A DNA stretch of 57,264 bases. It comes from Octopus sinensis (taxonomy: Eukaryota). Each line of letters starts with the position of its first letter. The stretch's first letter is position 1. The stretch is from NCBI RefSeq assembly GCF_006345805.1, contig NW_021833624.1, positions 1 through 57,264 of the forward strand, in the 5' to 3' direction. Of the stretch, positions 36,654 through 50,532 are shown in pieces. A program made the translations under genes and the position numbers. The notes below the pieces were generated by a model. The model had not been told where the DNA came from. It saw only the letters and a program-made list of their open reading frames with translations, and did no database searches.

Positions 36654-36692
36654 TATATGTATATTAGTGATATAACATACATCCATACATAC

Positions 36693-36777
<85 letters not shown>

Positions 36778-37096
36778 GTATGTATGTATGTATGTATGTT
36801 ATATCACTAAATTTGAACACATTTAAGCTTAAGAATGAAAAAAGCAAAACAAAAATTAATTAAACTAAAAAGTGAAATATAAAATATACAAATGAAATGT
36901 CAAAGACATCTAAACAAATTCCATAATCAAGTAAACTAAAGCAAGTTGTTATCTCAAGAAACTATAATATAATGATGAAGAGGAACGAAAAAATATTTAC
37001 AAATTTATAATTCAGTTGCGAAGCTTTTCACTACTTTTCAATTACCATGGAGATGCAAAAAAAATATGTCACTGCAAAAATGTAAACGATCATATA

Positions 37097-37265
37097 TGCA
37101 CGGCTGTGTGGTTAGAAATCTCGCTCTGTAACTACGTGATTACGGGTTCAGTTCCGCTGCGCGGCACCCTACACATGTGTCTTCTACTATAGCCTGCGCC
37201 CGGCCGATGCCTTATAAGTGAATTTATTCAATGGAAAGGGAAATTGTGTGGAAGCTTGTCGTATA
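37097..37265 (+). mobile_element. SINE family A, 5' half
   Basis: ggctgtgtggttag...gggttcagttccgctgcgcggcacc. Confidence 0.7.
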
Positions 37266-37380
37266 TATATGTATGTGTGTGTGTGTGTGAGTGTATAAAT
37301 GTAAGATCCAAGGATCAAGGTGTTGGAAGATAGTAAGCTACGAGCATTGTGTCTGTCTGTCTATCTATCTATCTATCTAT

Positions 37381-37662
37381 GTTTTAAAAAAAGATGGGTG
37401 AATGTAGCAAGAATGGCACGTATGAATGACGAAGCCACCTTGAGCATAGTCCTATGAACCCAGAAATCGAAAACAGAGAGTTGCTTATTTGCAAAAAAAA
37501 AAAAAAAAAAAAAGAAATATAAAATGTGACTTCATTGACCGAGGTTACCGTGGTCTTTTCCGCAGGCTTTTCTTTCCACGGGTAAACCTCACCTGTCCTC
37601 CCCTTTACACTTCATATTGACATTTCTGTGATAACGATCCCTATTGATCATTTTTTTCCTCC

Positions 37663-37694
<32 letters not shown>

Positions 37695-37860
37695 TTAACC
37701 CCCCTTATTTTTGTCCTCTTTCTCTCCTTTTACGATCCCTTTTGATCGAACCTCCCCCTTCCTTTTTTTTTTTTTTTTTTTTTTTAATACCTTCAAAAGA
37801 AAAGCTCTACCTTGTAATTGTTCTATCTGTGTGCAGCCCTGTGTGGCTAATAAAGAAACA

Positions 37861-37914
<54 letters not shown>

Positions 37915-38171
37915 CCCCTTTTTCCCCCTTTTTTCTTCTTTTTTAATTTCTCTTTTCTCTTGTTCCTTTTCCTTTTCCTTATTTTTTTTCTTTATTCTTT
38001 TTATTTTTTATTTTATTTATTTTTTTTTGTTCTTTTCTTCCCTTTTACGATCCCTCTTGATCGAAAACCTACGCCACCCCCTTTTTTTTGTTTTCTTCAT
38101 CCCCCAAAAGAAAAGCTCTACCTTGTAACTTGTCCCATCTGTGTGCAGCCCTGTGTGGCCAATAAAGAAAC
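37381..38171 (+). mobile_element. Two tandem 5'-truncated copies of the same Tx1-like LINE 3' end (37381-37860 and 37913-38171), separated and flanked by (TATC)n
   Basis: 37381 onward aligns to 27862 onward (gttttaaaaaaagatgggtgaatgtagcaag...). Both units end in ctgtgtgcagccctgtgtggc[ct]aataaagaaac. Confidence 0.85.
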
Positions 38172-38302
<131 letters not shown>

Positions 38303-38332
38303 GAGAGAGAGACACACACACACACATATATA

Positions 38333-38740
38333 CGCAGCCGTAGCTATGTGGTAAGAAACTTATTTCCCAGTCACATTGTTCTGGGTTCAGTCCCACTGCA
38401 TGGCACCTTGGGCAAAAGTCTTCTACTATAGCTTCGAGCCCACCGAACTCATGTAAGTGGATTTGGCAGATGGAAAGTGAAAGAATGTTGTTGTATATAC
38501 ATGCATATATGCATGTGTGTGTGTCTATGTGTGTGTGCGCGCGCGTGCATTTATTTCCCACTACCGCTTGATAGCCGGTTTTAGTGTGTTTACGACTCCC
38601 GTAACTTTTCGGTTCGGCGAAAAAGACCGATAGAATAACTACCATAAATAAATTCTGGGATCGATTTATGCAACTTAAAATTCTTGCACGCGGTGCCCCA
38701 GCATGACCGTAGTCTTAATGACTGAAATAAATAAAGGTAA
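38333..38740 (+). mobile_element. SINE family A, diverged full length
   Basis: Head, body and tail align to 49692-50111. Confidence 0.85.
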
Positions 38741-38850
38741 AAGTTAAACACACACACACACACATACACACATACACACGCATAGGCAAATCAAAGTCAA
38801 TAGGCCGTAGACAATGAATATATTACGTTGACACTCAGTGAAAGTTTTGA

Positions 38851-39259
38851 CCGATGGTTCCCAACCGGGGTTCGTATGGCCCTTGTGAATGTGGAATGCA
38901 TATAAGATTTTGTTGTTAAACTCTATATGCAATAAATTGGCTGTACTTCTGCAATACACTAAATATTAAAAATTTTTATATACGGTTCCTTATATTACGC
39001 TTGACAACAAGTCTTGTTGTCCTTGCGACCACGTCACTTAACAGTTCGGCAAAAAAGACCAATAGAATAAGTAATAGCCTTAAAAAATGTCCTGGTGTCG
39101 ATTTGTTCGACTAAACCTCCTTTAACGCAGTGCCTCAGCATGACTGAAATAAGTAAACGATAAAAGATAGAAGAAAAAATTGAATGGGTATTAGGGTTCA
39201 TCCGAATAAAAGAGGAATCAAAGGGGTCCAAAGGAGCAAAAAATGGTTGAGAACCACTA
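38851..39259. mobile_element. hAT (Charlie-like) MITE with a nested SINE-A tail (39020-39165)
   Basis: Ends ccgatggttcccaacc and ggttgagaaccacta resemble CAGTGGTTCTCAACC-type TIRs. No 8-bp TSD is visible. Confidence 0.55.
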
Positions 39260-39304
39260 GTTAGAAAGACCCCTCCATGGGGATTTAACACCCACAATTT
39301 TGTC

Positions 39305-39900
39305 ATTTTATTTAAGCAAAGACGAATACAGTTGTACTCTTGGAAGATGTAGGGTTATCTGAGCATAACAAATGAGCAATATGTGTAATTCAATGGTACA
39401 ACAGTGTAATACTTTGCTTTGATATACACTTACATTGTGATTTCTGCAATGTGGTGCATAAATTGTCAAGTAAATGAGAAGCATCTTTGCCTCCACTGAT
39501 TCAGTTGCAAAATGTTGAGTAAAGTTATTTGATTGCAGACCTCCTTTCAGTCTTTTTATTATCACTGGGTCATACATAGTCCCCACATGGTAACATTCAT
39601 TTCAAGGCCTTCCCAGATGAGTGACTGGTTATTCAAAGACATTTATATATTGTAAATTTATTCTGTCCAGTTACTTATCAGTATAGTGGTCATTTGCAAA
39701 CTCCAGAGGTGACACTTTAATTTCTCCTTAGCCCTCACGTCACACAGTTGTTAATATTTATTTCAGTTGGGTCACGCCCTTCCAATTGCTATAGATTCGT
39801 AATGCATCTTACGGCTGTGCCTGTCACCTGGATGGTGAGGAATCCTACATTGGGAGTGCTAACGACTAGGGTAGCGTAGCTGACTGCTTATTGTGATCAT
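39305..39900 (-). mobile_element. Highly decayed RTE-like LINE RT fragment
   Basis: Fragmentary matches: LEFA(D)D-like, GL.MNV, and VYQSKVL (KI.VY.A.VL) segments across frameshifts. Confidence 0.35.
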
Positions 39901-40334
39901 TCGTCTTTTGGTTTCCAGTAGCTTTGTTCTATTTTACAAACCCAGTGAACATATATTTCCTATTTCAAAGAAATTCAAACAATAGATATAAGACCCAAGT
40001 TAAAAAAATTCTCAACAATTCAACTTCTCTGCTTGACATTAAGACACCCACCCCTAACAGGGGCCTTAACTCTCACATTTTAGAGCTCCATGACCTTCAT
40101 TTTTCAGGTGCAAAATCCTTTTAACAGGTTCAATTTGGAATATGCGCATAAAAATCACGATTTTAATGTGGCACGATTACAATTTTTTTAGGGTGTGTAA
40201 AGAGGGAAATAACCCTCATCTGCAATTTTGATGAAATTCGTAACATAGATATTCCAGTTCGTTACATAAAATATAACAGAAAAGTCTAATTCTTCAATTG
40301 CATGTAAAACGGGCAACGCCGGGTATCTCTGCTA

Positions 40335-40382
<48 letters not shown>

Positions 40383-41497
40383 GTGTGTGTATATATATAT
40401 ATATGTATATATATATGTGTGTATGTGTAGATATATATATATATATGCACATACACACACACACACACACCACACATATATATATATATATACATACATA
40501 TATATACATATATGATATATATAATATATATATGCATACATATGTTTATTTATTTGGCACATATACACGCATTTGCTCGCTCAGGAATAATTGTATGTAT
40601 GCATATACGTATATGGGTGTGTGTGTGTCTATATGTATATTATTGCCTGTTACCTGACAAGCTGTCTATCTTTTCCTCAGTTCCTCCACATGTCAAAAAG
40701 AAACGAAGAAAATGTAAAAAAAAAACAAAAACAAGAATTGCATATATAAAAAAGCAACCAGTTATTTTTAGAGCAGATTGATATCCGTTATTCGAACACC
40801 GTTCTGTGCTGTCTGCGTTGTCACTTACGTATGTTATGTTATATAAGTCAAGCCAGCTCAAATTTATATGACCTTCATTGAAATTAAAAACGGTACCCAC
40901 ATGCGTTGACACAGAGATTTACGAATTCAAACACATACTCGAGCATTCTCCTTTCCTCTCTCTTCACACATACAAGAAACATATTTCTCGTATTTTCTCT
41001 GTCTCTTTCTCTCTCGCTCTTTCTCTTTGTTGCTTCTTCTCTCTTTCTCTCGCTATATCCAGACGCACGAAAAGTCTCTGCCACATACTTAACTATTCCG
41101 ATAAGAAAATAAGAAACAATTTTGCTTTAAAAAAAGAATGGTGGAAATGAACAAAAAATGTCAACCATACTACAAGAAATTACTGAATAAACTAGAAATA
41201 GATGAAAGAAAACAAAAAAGAAAGAATGAAGAAAAATTGAACGAAATGTTGAAAAACTAGAAAAAGAATGGTATGAAGGAATAAGGTAATGAAACTAAAG
41301 AAGAAAGAGTGGGAATGTAAATAGCACACAGAGATAAAGAATGAAAGAATGCAAAAAAAAAAAGATGAAAGAAAACGAACATATATTAATGAATGATAAA
41401 AAAAATAAATACAAGAGAAAAAACGTAAGCGTATGAATTATAAAAAAAAAAGAATATGGAAAGAGCGGATGAAAGAATAAATTAGTTTAAATATCTA

Positions 41498-41760
41498 GCT
41501 TTTCAGGAAGACAGGTGTGCTATTTCCTGCAGAAGATTGGTCTGGAACCCAGAGAAACGAAGAAAGGTATAAAGGAGATAGCTATGGCAACTGAAACTAG
41601 TTCAACAAGGCTGTGATTGACAAGGGACCGTAGGTGGGACCCTTACGCAGGTGAACGGTTATTCGGTCCGCATTGCACCACTCAGGCGAAGGAGGCGTAA
41701 TGCTTGTAACCTTGAGAGACCTGCTATGATACAGAAGGGTTTCTGACATTGTGTGAGATT
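41498..41760 (+). mobile_element. 3' end of a Hero-like (R2 group, RLE) LINE
   Basis: FSGRQVCYFLQKIGLEPRETKKGIKEIAMATETSSTRL*LTRDRRW resembles the GF....L..LG.....AE..S.WLW..R...W C-terminus of Hero-type elements. Confidence 0.5.
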
Positions 41761-42510
41761 CAGAAGAAGCGCTTGTTATACCTCCAACTGACTCTTGTAG
41801 ATTCTGCTCCAGGCAATGCGTCGATGTTTGTTACACCCATATATAAAATAACAGTGGCTGACCTAAGAAAGATTTGGTTACTATTTTCAGCATTTCGTAT
41901 TGCCGTTGTTTCTTCAATAATTTTATTGCTATTGCTGTGTTTAAAGTAGAGATTTTTCATTCATTTATTTATATATGTTGGCTCTTTTTTTGTCTATTTC
42001 GTATGTTTACTGTTTCTGTTCCTTATATAGTCATTCGATCAATCTCCTCTTTATTTTTTATTCATAAATATTCATGTTTATTCCTTATATCTTCCCTTGC
42101 TTTTCCGTTGCTTTTGTTGTTGTTGTTGCAATTTTACTATATATTTAGGACAAAGACACAGACATTGATGTTATATTATTAGAACTATCCATCAAAGAAT
42201 TGGTTTGGAATATATATTACGTCTTAAAAGGCTTGCTCGTTTGCCTTCAGTTATGCATATAGACGTGTATGTTTATAAGCATTAACACAAGTACACACAC
42301 AGACAGGCAAACATACACACACGCGCGCGCACGCACACAAATACGCACCAACTCTCACGAACTGACACAAACATAGACAAAGACACACACACATGTATAT
42401 ATATATTACATATTTTATATAAGTTGATATAAGTTGTTGCTAATATAAACGTGTGTGTATTGAATTTGGTATAATATTACATACTATAAAGTAATATATA
42501 TATATATATC

Positions 42511-42543
<33 letters not shown>

Positions 42544-42585
42544 CATATATACATATGTATATATACATATTTGCATATGTATATA

Positions 42586-42985
42586 GGCGTAGGAGTGGCT
42601 GTGTGGTAAGTAGCTTGCTTACCAACCACATGGTTCCGGGTTCAGTCCCACTGCGTGGCACATTGGGCAAGTGTCTTCTACTATAACCTCGGGCCGACCA
42701 AAGCCTTCTGAGTGGATTTGGTAGACGGAAACTGAAAGAAGCCCGTCGTATAAATGTATATATATATGTGTGTGTGTATGTTTGTGTGTCTGTCTTTGTC
42801 GCCCCCAACATCGCTTCACAACCGATGCTGGTGTGTTTACGTCCCTGTAACTTAGTGGTTCAGCGAGAGAGACCGATAGAATAAGTAGTAGGCTTACAAA
42901 GAATAATTCCTGGGGTCGAATTGCTCGACTAAAGGCGGTGCTCCAGCATGGCCATAGTCAAATGGCTGAAACAGGTAAAAAGAGT
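42586..42985 (+). mobile_element. SINE family A, full length
   Basis: High similarity to 49692-50111 and 24538-24925. Confidence 0.92.
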
Positions 42986-43037
42986 ATATGCATATATATA
43001 CATATGCATGTGTACATATAAACATATGTATATGTAC

Positions 43038-43105
<68 letters not shown>

Positions 43106-43114
43106 GTCTGTCTA

Positions 43115-43178
<64 letters not shown>

Positions 43179-43749
43179 TCTATCTATTTCTCTCTCTGTC
43201 TGTCTGTCTCTCTTTATATATGTGTATATGTGTATGTGTGTTTGTGTGTATTTATATGCACATACACATACATTCCTTGCTTGCATAAATACCTTAATAA
43301 TCATTTGAGCGACTGCCTGATTTTAAACACGCATTATTCAAAACGACTCGTATGCTGTAGTTTCATATTTATTTCATTCTACAAATGATGCTTCATATTC
43401 CTGTATCCCCTTAAAATATCCTGTTGCGACAATAATATATCGGGAATTCATCGATGTGTCAAGACCTTCTGTATCTTATCTTTTTGATGAAGTGGTAATG
43501 GTGGATGTTTTTATAGCCGTTTTAGTATCGGCCAAAATAATGGGAAGTATACTGTACCTGTTTCTCATTTGTTAACAACTGAATTTGTTATGTTTTGACA
43601 GTTAACGTCAGGGCTTTTTTTTCCCCCACTGATCAAGAAATAACTTGAACATAGTCTTCTATTATTTTGTTACTAAGATGCGTTATCGGTTTGTTTGAGT
43701 TTATGTCATGTTTAACTATAAATATATTTTCCCCACTTCAAAATTTCTA

Positions 43750-43842
<93 letters not shown>

Positions 43843-43848
43843 TTTTTT

Positions 43849-44393
43849 CTCAGTGCATTCCATGAAAGTGATACTGGGGTAAAATATACGAAGCCCAGTA
43901 TACCCATCATGACTACCCGTCTGATAAGGGTACACCAGGTATATGCATCACAACTATATGTGCGCGACATGGTGATCTCATATCAAGATAAACAGCGCAT
44001 GACCTTGCAGTTGAGGACCCAGTTTGTATTTTCTTCAGGTCGAGTAGCCCATCCTGCTCAAAAGGTCCCTGAATAGGAGTTGTTTTAGGATGTTGAACGA
44101 AACAGTCATGTTTCCAAAGGTGAATTATCCAAACTCCAAAGAATTCCTTTCACTACATGGCTATGATGCTTCCCCACTACCTCTGCTCGTTATCAGAGAT
44201 GCATATATCGTCAGCCACTAAGGGACATGCTCAATTGGTTAAGGTCAAACAATTGACAAGCAAATCTGTGTTATTGAGCAGAATATTTGCTGTAGCCGAT
44301 CTTTTATACCAAGACAAAACAATGTACATGATAACACTTCCAATCAGTTAAAATCAGAAGCCATGAGAGCCACTGCCTGGTACTGCATCAGGG
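43849..44393 (-). mobile_element. Near full-length ~550-bp (AAT)n-associated element, copy 3
   Basis: Reverse complement of 5639-5683 plus 5924-6456. Lies next to the (ATT)n array at 43749-43830, which is the tail side in the same orientation as copy 1. Confidence 0.9.
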
Positions 44394-45814
44394 GTGTTAC
44401 TATTGTTTGAGAATTTTGTTGAATACAGTTACTTTTTTATTCTTTTACTTGTTTATTCTTTTACCTGTGGTTATATTGGAACAGCGCCATTTCAATAACA
44501 AAGAACGTTATCGACAAAGCTACGTCATACTTCAAGGAATTCTGAAGCTGCTGGCTATGTTTAATTGAAAAGTTCCTGCTAACAATTAAACAATTATGTC
44601 TTTATATTTAGTTTTGTGTTAGATTTTAGAATATAATGCTGGTCAATGGTTCCTTGTTGGAGATGCGTAGTAAACTGACGAAAAAATGCCGTGCTTGCAT
44701 ATGCAATCAGTGGCACGCAGTTTACAACCTCGTTTATGTATGTTACTATAGTTATCTAAAGTGTCTTCGATTGCAGTGTCTTGTTCGAGAAGTAATGCCA
44801 GGCTCACCATTGTTTTTAATTCTGTTGAAATCATCGTTGTATAGATAATAACCTCTTAGCGTTCGTTATTATCTTGTTGTTTAGATCACTGACTGCGGTA
44901 TTTATTTGTACGCTCGCTCTTCATAGAATAAGGGGATGCATCTCCATCTTTAACTATTTATTTTTTAGTTAATAAACAGGTTTGGACAGAACTGGAGGAA
45001 AAGAACACTCAATACTTGATAGAGAGCAACAATTTATTTCGAATAATTTAGAGATTGACTCTTTTGCTACTCAGAGATCTACACACGTCTACAATATACA
45101 CCATCATTCAAGGAATGTATGAGAATAATGTATGAAGCAGTGAATCTGCAACAAAACACCTAGGTCGATTCTACTGGATTGTTCTTTGAAAAATTGTTTC
45201 TACTTCTTTCTAGAATATCTAATTTTGTGGTGGGGCTAGTTTCGAATCTGATTTTAGACTTTGTGTATCAGATCAACTTTCTTTTTTCTTCTTTTCAGAA
45301 ACGCCTTTCCAGATTTTTTGCATTGTAGTGCATACAAACTGCGCATATTGTAAATCTGTACATAGTAGCAAAACAGAAGCTGCATTTATTTAGTATAAGA
45401 GCCAGTATATTAATTTTTGCAGTTCTATGGGGGAAATCAAGTATCTTTCGCCAAAATTTAGATACTAATTTCATAAAAGTTGCATATATTCAGTAAGAAA
45501 TATGTTTAAAATTAGCATACGTTACTACATACATGTAATCGTTCTTGCTGTCTATAACTTCGGAAAAAAGAAAAAAAACGTAAGAAAGTTCAGTAAATAT
45601 TAGCAAAATAACACACAAAAAATAATAAACGGTGTTATAGTAAGGGAAAGCATTGGAAACCTAGCTAATCAGTTCCATCCGTTTCGTATTAATCAAACGT
45701 CTGAAGATATAAAACAACCATAAGTGTACTCTTTAAGGAATAAACTTCTACTCGTTGGATTATCGAACAAAACCACCTTTCTCTCTCTCTCTCTTATGAG
45801 GCACCAAAACGTAT

Positions 45815-47320
45815 TGTAGTCATATGTGTATTCCACTGGAATTTCTTGGTGGTGACGGTCCCATAGCTTTTCATTAGCAGCCCCTATCTTGCGGGGAAAG
45901 TAATCAACTGACCGTGGAAGAAATATAGTTTAATACTCAGATTACACCCTAGCTTAGGGAAGGAAAAGATTTAAGTTATTCAACAGATTTTCGAAGTTTT
46001 CATCTTCGTTGTAAAACTCTTCCCGGTTTTTCACAACTTTTCTGAATACCAACCAGGTAGCATTCACAATATATAAATCCATAATCTTATCTTTCATTAG
46101 TGTCTGCTTTGACTCATCAAAGACACCTGCCATCAATTTCTCTTAGAGCAACAAATTTTCCACATAAATAGTTGAATGAGATACCCCTGCCTTATTTAAA
46201 CTGTTAAATTATTTCATCAAGTATTTGCTTTCATATTTGATTTCATCAAATTTGTTTAATATGAATTATTGGGCGCAAAATGTCTTTTGGTTTAAACATG
46301 GGCATGTGTTCGCTCGTATGTGTGTGTTGTTGTTGTTCATGATATGTTTTCTAACGTCGAAATCTCTTCTTCCCGGTTATTCCTTTCTCACCCAGCGTTC
46401 TGTTTTATTAGCTGAATTCTCATAAAAACAAAACAAAACAAAAACAAGGAAATTTAGTGTAACTGTTTTGTTGGCCGAGCAGCATACAAATCATCCACTC
46501 ATTTCTAATCCCCACAAATCCACCAACTATGTTCAAATTATTTGACCTTTTTTAGTACCACTTTTCATGATTTCATAACTTTCTTTTAGATGTACCGGGT
46601 AGCCAAACGCTATAGAAGAAGCAAACACATTTCCATTACTCAACAAAGCACACTTTAAGCTGTCCTTTGCGCTGTCAATGAAAAGTTGCCATTCATCTCA
46701 TTTATGTTGACATCCCATTGCATTTAACAAACCATTAGCAGCATGACAACAAACCACGTCATCTTTCATACTGAAGAACTGCAGCAAATCTTTTCTTGTA
46801 TGCCAATAAAAATCAACTGTTGCTCCCAGCGCTAGCAGATTATATTAATTTAACCCGGATTTCAACTATTCTACTGAGGTCTTTGGAAGATCCAAACCGC
46901 ACACTAAGTCATTTCATTCTAACTGGGTAAAGAGAATTGATGCCCTTATATCTGTTTCCCTTTATTCTTTATGCTTCCCAGGAACAAGAATTTTAGTACA
47001 ATGCTGTGCAAGTCAATTGCTAAGGGAAAGTTTGGGTAATTTATCTTCGATTTTGTCTTGGAGCTAAATCCACCATTAACAATAAGCTAGGTCCACCATT
47101 GGTCATTCTGTTTCATTTATTTTTCTTTGGCCCATTGTCTCAGACACAAGTATCATAAATAGAATGAGGAAACCATTGTTTAATATGGTGGTGAATTTCA
47201 CTCCAAACTGTTTGAAATATTCTCTTAACAAATCTATAACAAGTTGCTATCGTTTTGCTTTACCACAAACGTAACAGACAACATCCTAGCTCTACTTGCA
47301 CTTACTATGCCCACTAGAAC
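45815..47320 (-). mobile_element. Chapaev3-like (CMC) transposase pseudogene, nearly full length but decayed
   Basis: Motifs in the expected order: C..CYVCG; WFPH...C; FSQLE*NDLV; EWQLFIDSAKDSLKCALLSNGN; LKESY; WWICGD; AGVF; ATWLVFRKVV; K.YFFHG..F(P).IGA.NE...HHQEI. Confidence 0.85.
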
Positions 47321-47439
47321 TAGACATAATAGGTTATAAGTTTAAATATACTATAAATATAGCATAAAGCAAATTTTATACTGTCCTACACTCATGAATG
47401 TTAGAATTACTAGACCTTGCCGAAGTACGAACTGCCATA

Positions 47440-48260
47440 GTTAAGACCATTGGAAGACTAACCACAGCATGGTTCATATAGATGTTACCAACAACCGAAG
47501 CAACATTTATAGTCACAAACAATTAGGTTATCAACGGGAATATTCCAGGGTGATAGTTATGTTTTTTTGTACTGACAGCGAACCTCTTGTTTGTCCTGTC
47601 GATGAAATGCCTAGAAAATATGTTGGGATTTGCAGAAAAGAATAGAACTAAAATCAACCACAAGAACAACATCAAAAGACAACCAGGACTTGTCCCGACA
47701 TTCTCATGGGGCATAGGAGCGGAGTTAAGGCGTTATAAATGTTCGTACGAGTGCATGAGAGTCAACATAGGAAAGGTTATCGACCAGAGAACATAAACAT
47801 TAACGGAATCCCTATCACCCCTGTCTCCAGTGATGAATACTATAAGTATCTCAGAATTGGTGAAAATGCTGCATACGCTGGTGTTGCGTGTAAGCCCTGT
47901 ATAACAAGAGAATACTTAAGCAGGCTTCGAAAAATATGGAATTCGGAGCTGTCTACATTCAATAATACCATAATCTCATAATACGATGGATGGCAGTGTC
48001 AATGTGAGTATCATGATTTAGAATATTAGACTGGAAACTTGTTAGAAACCGCAACTTGCACATCAGAACTAGAAAAATACTGACAGCAACTGGAATGTTC
48101 TACCACATCAACCACGGTACCAACAAGTAAGACGAAGGTACAGTGGCACAGGCAAAAGGTTAGCTCCAACTGCCTTTGAGTGCCACATCGTTTCAGACAC
48201 ACAACACCTGCTGAACATTTTTAACGCAGTATATTTACGAAGAAATTTTTGTCGCTGACA
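47440..48260 (+). mobile_element. Older, decayed R4/Dong-like RT fragment (second subfamily)
   Basis: STGIFQGDS at about 47530-47555; YYKYLRIGE and REYLSRLRKIWNSELS (ORF 47739-47981) match the corresponding parts of the 3776-5576 element. Many stops and frameshifts. Confidence 0.75.
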
Positions 48261-48352
48261 ATTCTACCGTATTATGTCTTTCAACGGTGTATATACATTT
48301 AGAGTGATAGACAATGACGATTTAAATCTAATTATGTTTGAGTTGAGCCCAC

Positions 48353-48409
<57 letters not shown>

Positions 48410-48486
48410 CATACACACACATGCATATATATTTATATGCGTGTGCGTTTCTTGTGTGTATGTGCGTGTGTCTATAATCTTTTATA

Positions 48487-49579
48487 TCTCTATATATAAT
48501 AAAACGGAAGATGTCTGTATGTATGTGTGTGTGTGTGTGTGTACAGGCCTCTTTCTTGATCCTTCTTAAAATCAACATTTTTGATCCGATTTCGTTCACA
48601 CCGGGAACATACATCACTTATGTTCCAGAGATGGTCATAGACTCATCAAATTTCCACATAATGAGTAATGCCACCCCAAGGGGACGAAAACCCCTTCTCA
48701 AATACGAACGATCGTTGCTCCAAGGGATGTTACTCTTGATGATGTAGTTATGCTACTTTCACTTCGTCTTCTACAGTTTATACAGTGCTCATTCACTGCA
48801 AACTGCCGATATTTGCACATTAGCTCTTCCTTCAGATAGCAATGCAATTTAAATCAACTTTTATTTATCTTTTTAATGCCTTCAGATATTTATACTTATT
48901 ATATATATTCCCTGCTTTTACTCATACACTTTTTACAATGCCCATTCACTGCAAACTGCCGATATTTGCATGTTAGCACAGGGCTGTTCTTGCACCTACA
49001 AATGCATCATCCATCACTCTTAACTATGACTTACTCAATAAGCTCTCTTCTCAAGAACGTTGTTTCAGATCAGTTGACACCGTTACCGACCTCGATCAGG
49101 TCACACACTTTCCCCCAGAATTTCTCAACTCCCAACATCCTCCAGGACTCCCTCCCCATGAACTTCTCTTAATAGTCGGTTGTCCTGTCATCCTCCTACG
49201 CATTCTAAACGCACCCATACTATGCAGTGGAACTCGGATTGTGGTCAAACAAATGAGGGAGCACGTCACTGAAGCCTAAATTATCAAGGGACACGGCAAA
49301 AACGATACCGTTTTTATTCCGAAAATTCTGTTTACCCCAACAGACTGCCCCTACCGTATACGGAGACTTCATTTCCCTCTCAAACTCAGCTTCGCCATGA
49401 CAATTAACAAAGTACAAGGTCAATCGCTGAAAGTTGTCGGATCGGACCTTCGAACGTCGTGCTTTTCACATGGACAGTTCTACATCGTTTGTTCCAGAGC
49501 TGGCCATCCAGACAGCTTACTCATCTATCCTCCTGAAGGAAAAACCAAAAATGTTGTCTGCAAAGCAGCCCTACAATAG
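48487..49579 (+). mobile_element. Internally deleted Helitron: A|TC 5' end with microsatellite, plus PIF1 helicase C-terminus
   Basis: The 5' sequence a|tctctatatataataaaacggaagatgtctgtatgtatg is typical of Helitron starts. The frame 48980-49579 reads RAVLAPTN..EFLNS..PGLPPH..LCSGTRI..VFIPKI..LSFAMTINKVQGQSLKVVG.DLRT.CFSHGQFY..CSR..GKTKNVV*, with one internal stop at 49277. Confidence 0.9.
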
Positions 49580-49691
49580 TTACTCCTCTACTGCAATCTT
49601 CACATCTACGCCAAACTGTAGCTGTTAGCAATCAGACTTCCTACAAGCATTTCATTGATATTTTGCTTCATTTCCGTGATTGCTGTTCACA

Positions 49692-50111
49692 GGCGCAGGA
49701 GTGGCTGTGTGGTAAGTAGCTTGCTAACCAACCACATGGTTCCAGGTTCAGTCCCACTGCGTGGCATCTTGGGCAAGTGTCTTCTGCTATAGCCCCAGGC
49801 CGAATAATGCCTTGTGAGTGGATTTGGTAGAGGGAAACTGAAAGAAGCCCGTCGTATATATGTATGTATATATATATATGCGTGTGTGTATATGTTTGTG
49901 TGTCTGTGTTTGTCCCCCTAGCATTGCTTGACAACAACCGATGCTGGTGTGTTTACGTCCCCGTTACTTAGCGGTTCGGCAAAAGAGACCGATAGAATAA
50001 GTACTGGGCTTACAAAAGAATAAGTCCCGGGGTCGATTTGCTCGATTAAAGGCGGTGCTCCAGCATGGCCGCAGTCAAATGACTGAAACAAGTAAAAGAG
50101 AGTAAAGAGAG
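49692..50111 (+). mobile_element. SINE family A, full length
   Basis: Reference copy: tRNA-like head, cttgggcaagtgtc block, (TA/TG)n middle, tail ggcggtgctccagcatggccgcagtcaaatgactgaaac. Confidence 0.92.
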
Positions 50112-50532
50112 TACATTACCTTCAATGACCCTTCTTATTTCACGTACGCTGTTCGCTCATAAGCCTGCTCTGACATTTATTTTTGTACATGTTATTATTC
50201 TATTTGTGTGTTTGCTACAAATATTTGCTTTTGTTTATCATACATGACTTTCATTGAAAATAAATTTCTATGCGGTTGTGTCAGGCATTACGACTAAAAT
50301 GACTACACGCTACAAAATGCTTCAGGTAAGATGTAAAATCGCTAATGCTTACTGTAATCTCATTCCATGGACTTTCATTTATTATTAAGTGCCAAATTTG
50401 TGTTAAAAAAACTTTATTCATTACCTAGGTTGCTTAATACCATATAATAAACTGCTAACGAAATTGGTAATTATACATTTTATCAACAGTTTATCAACTT
50501 GAAATAACTTCCAACTGCGGGCTATATATATA

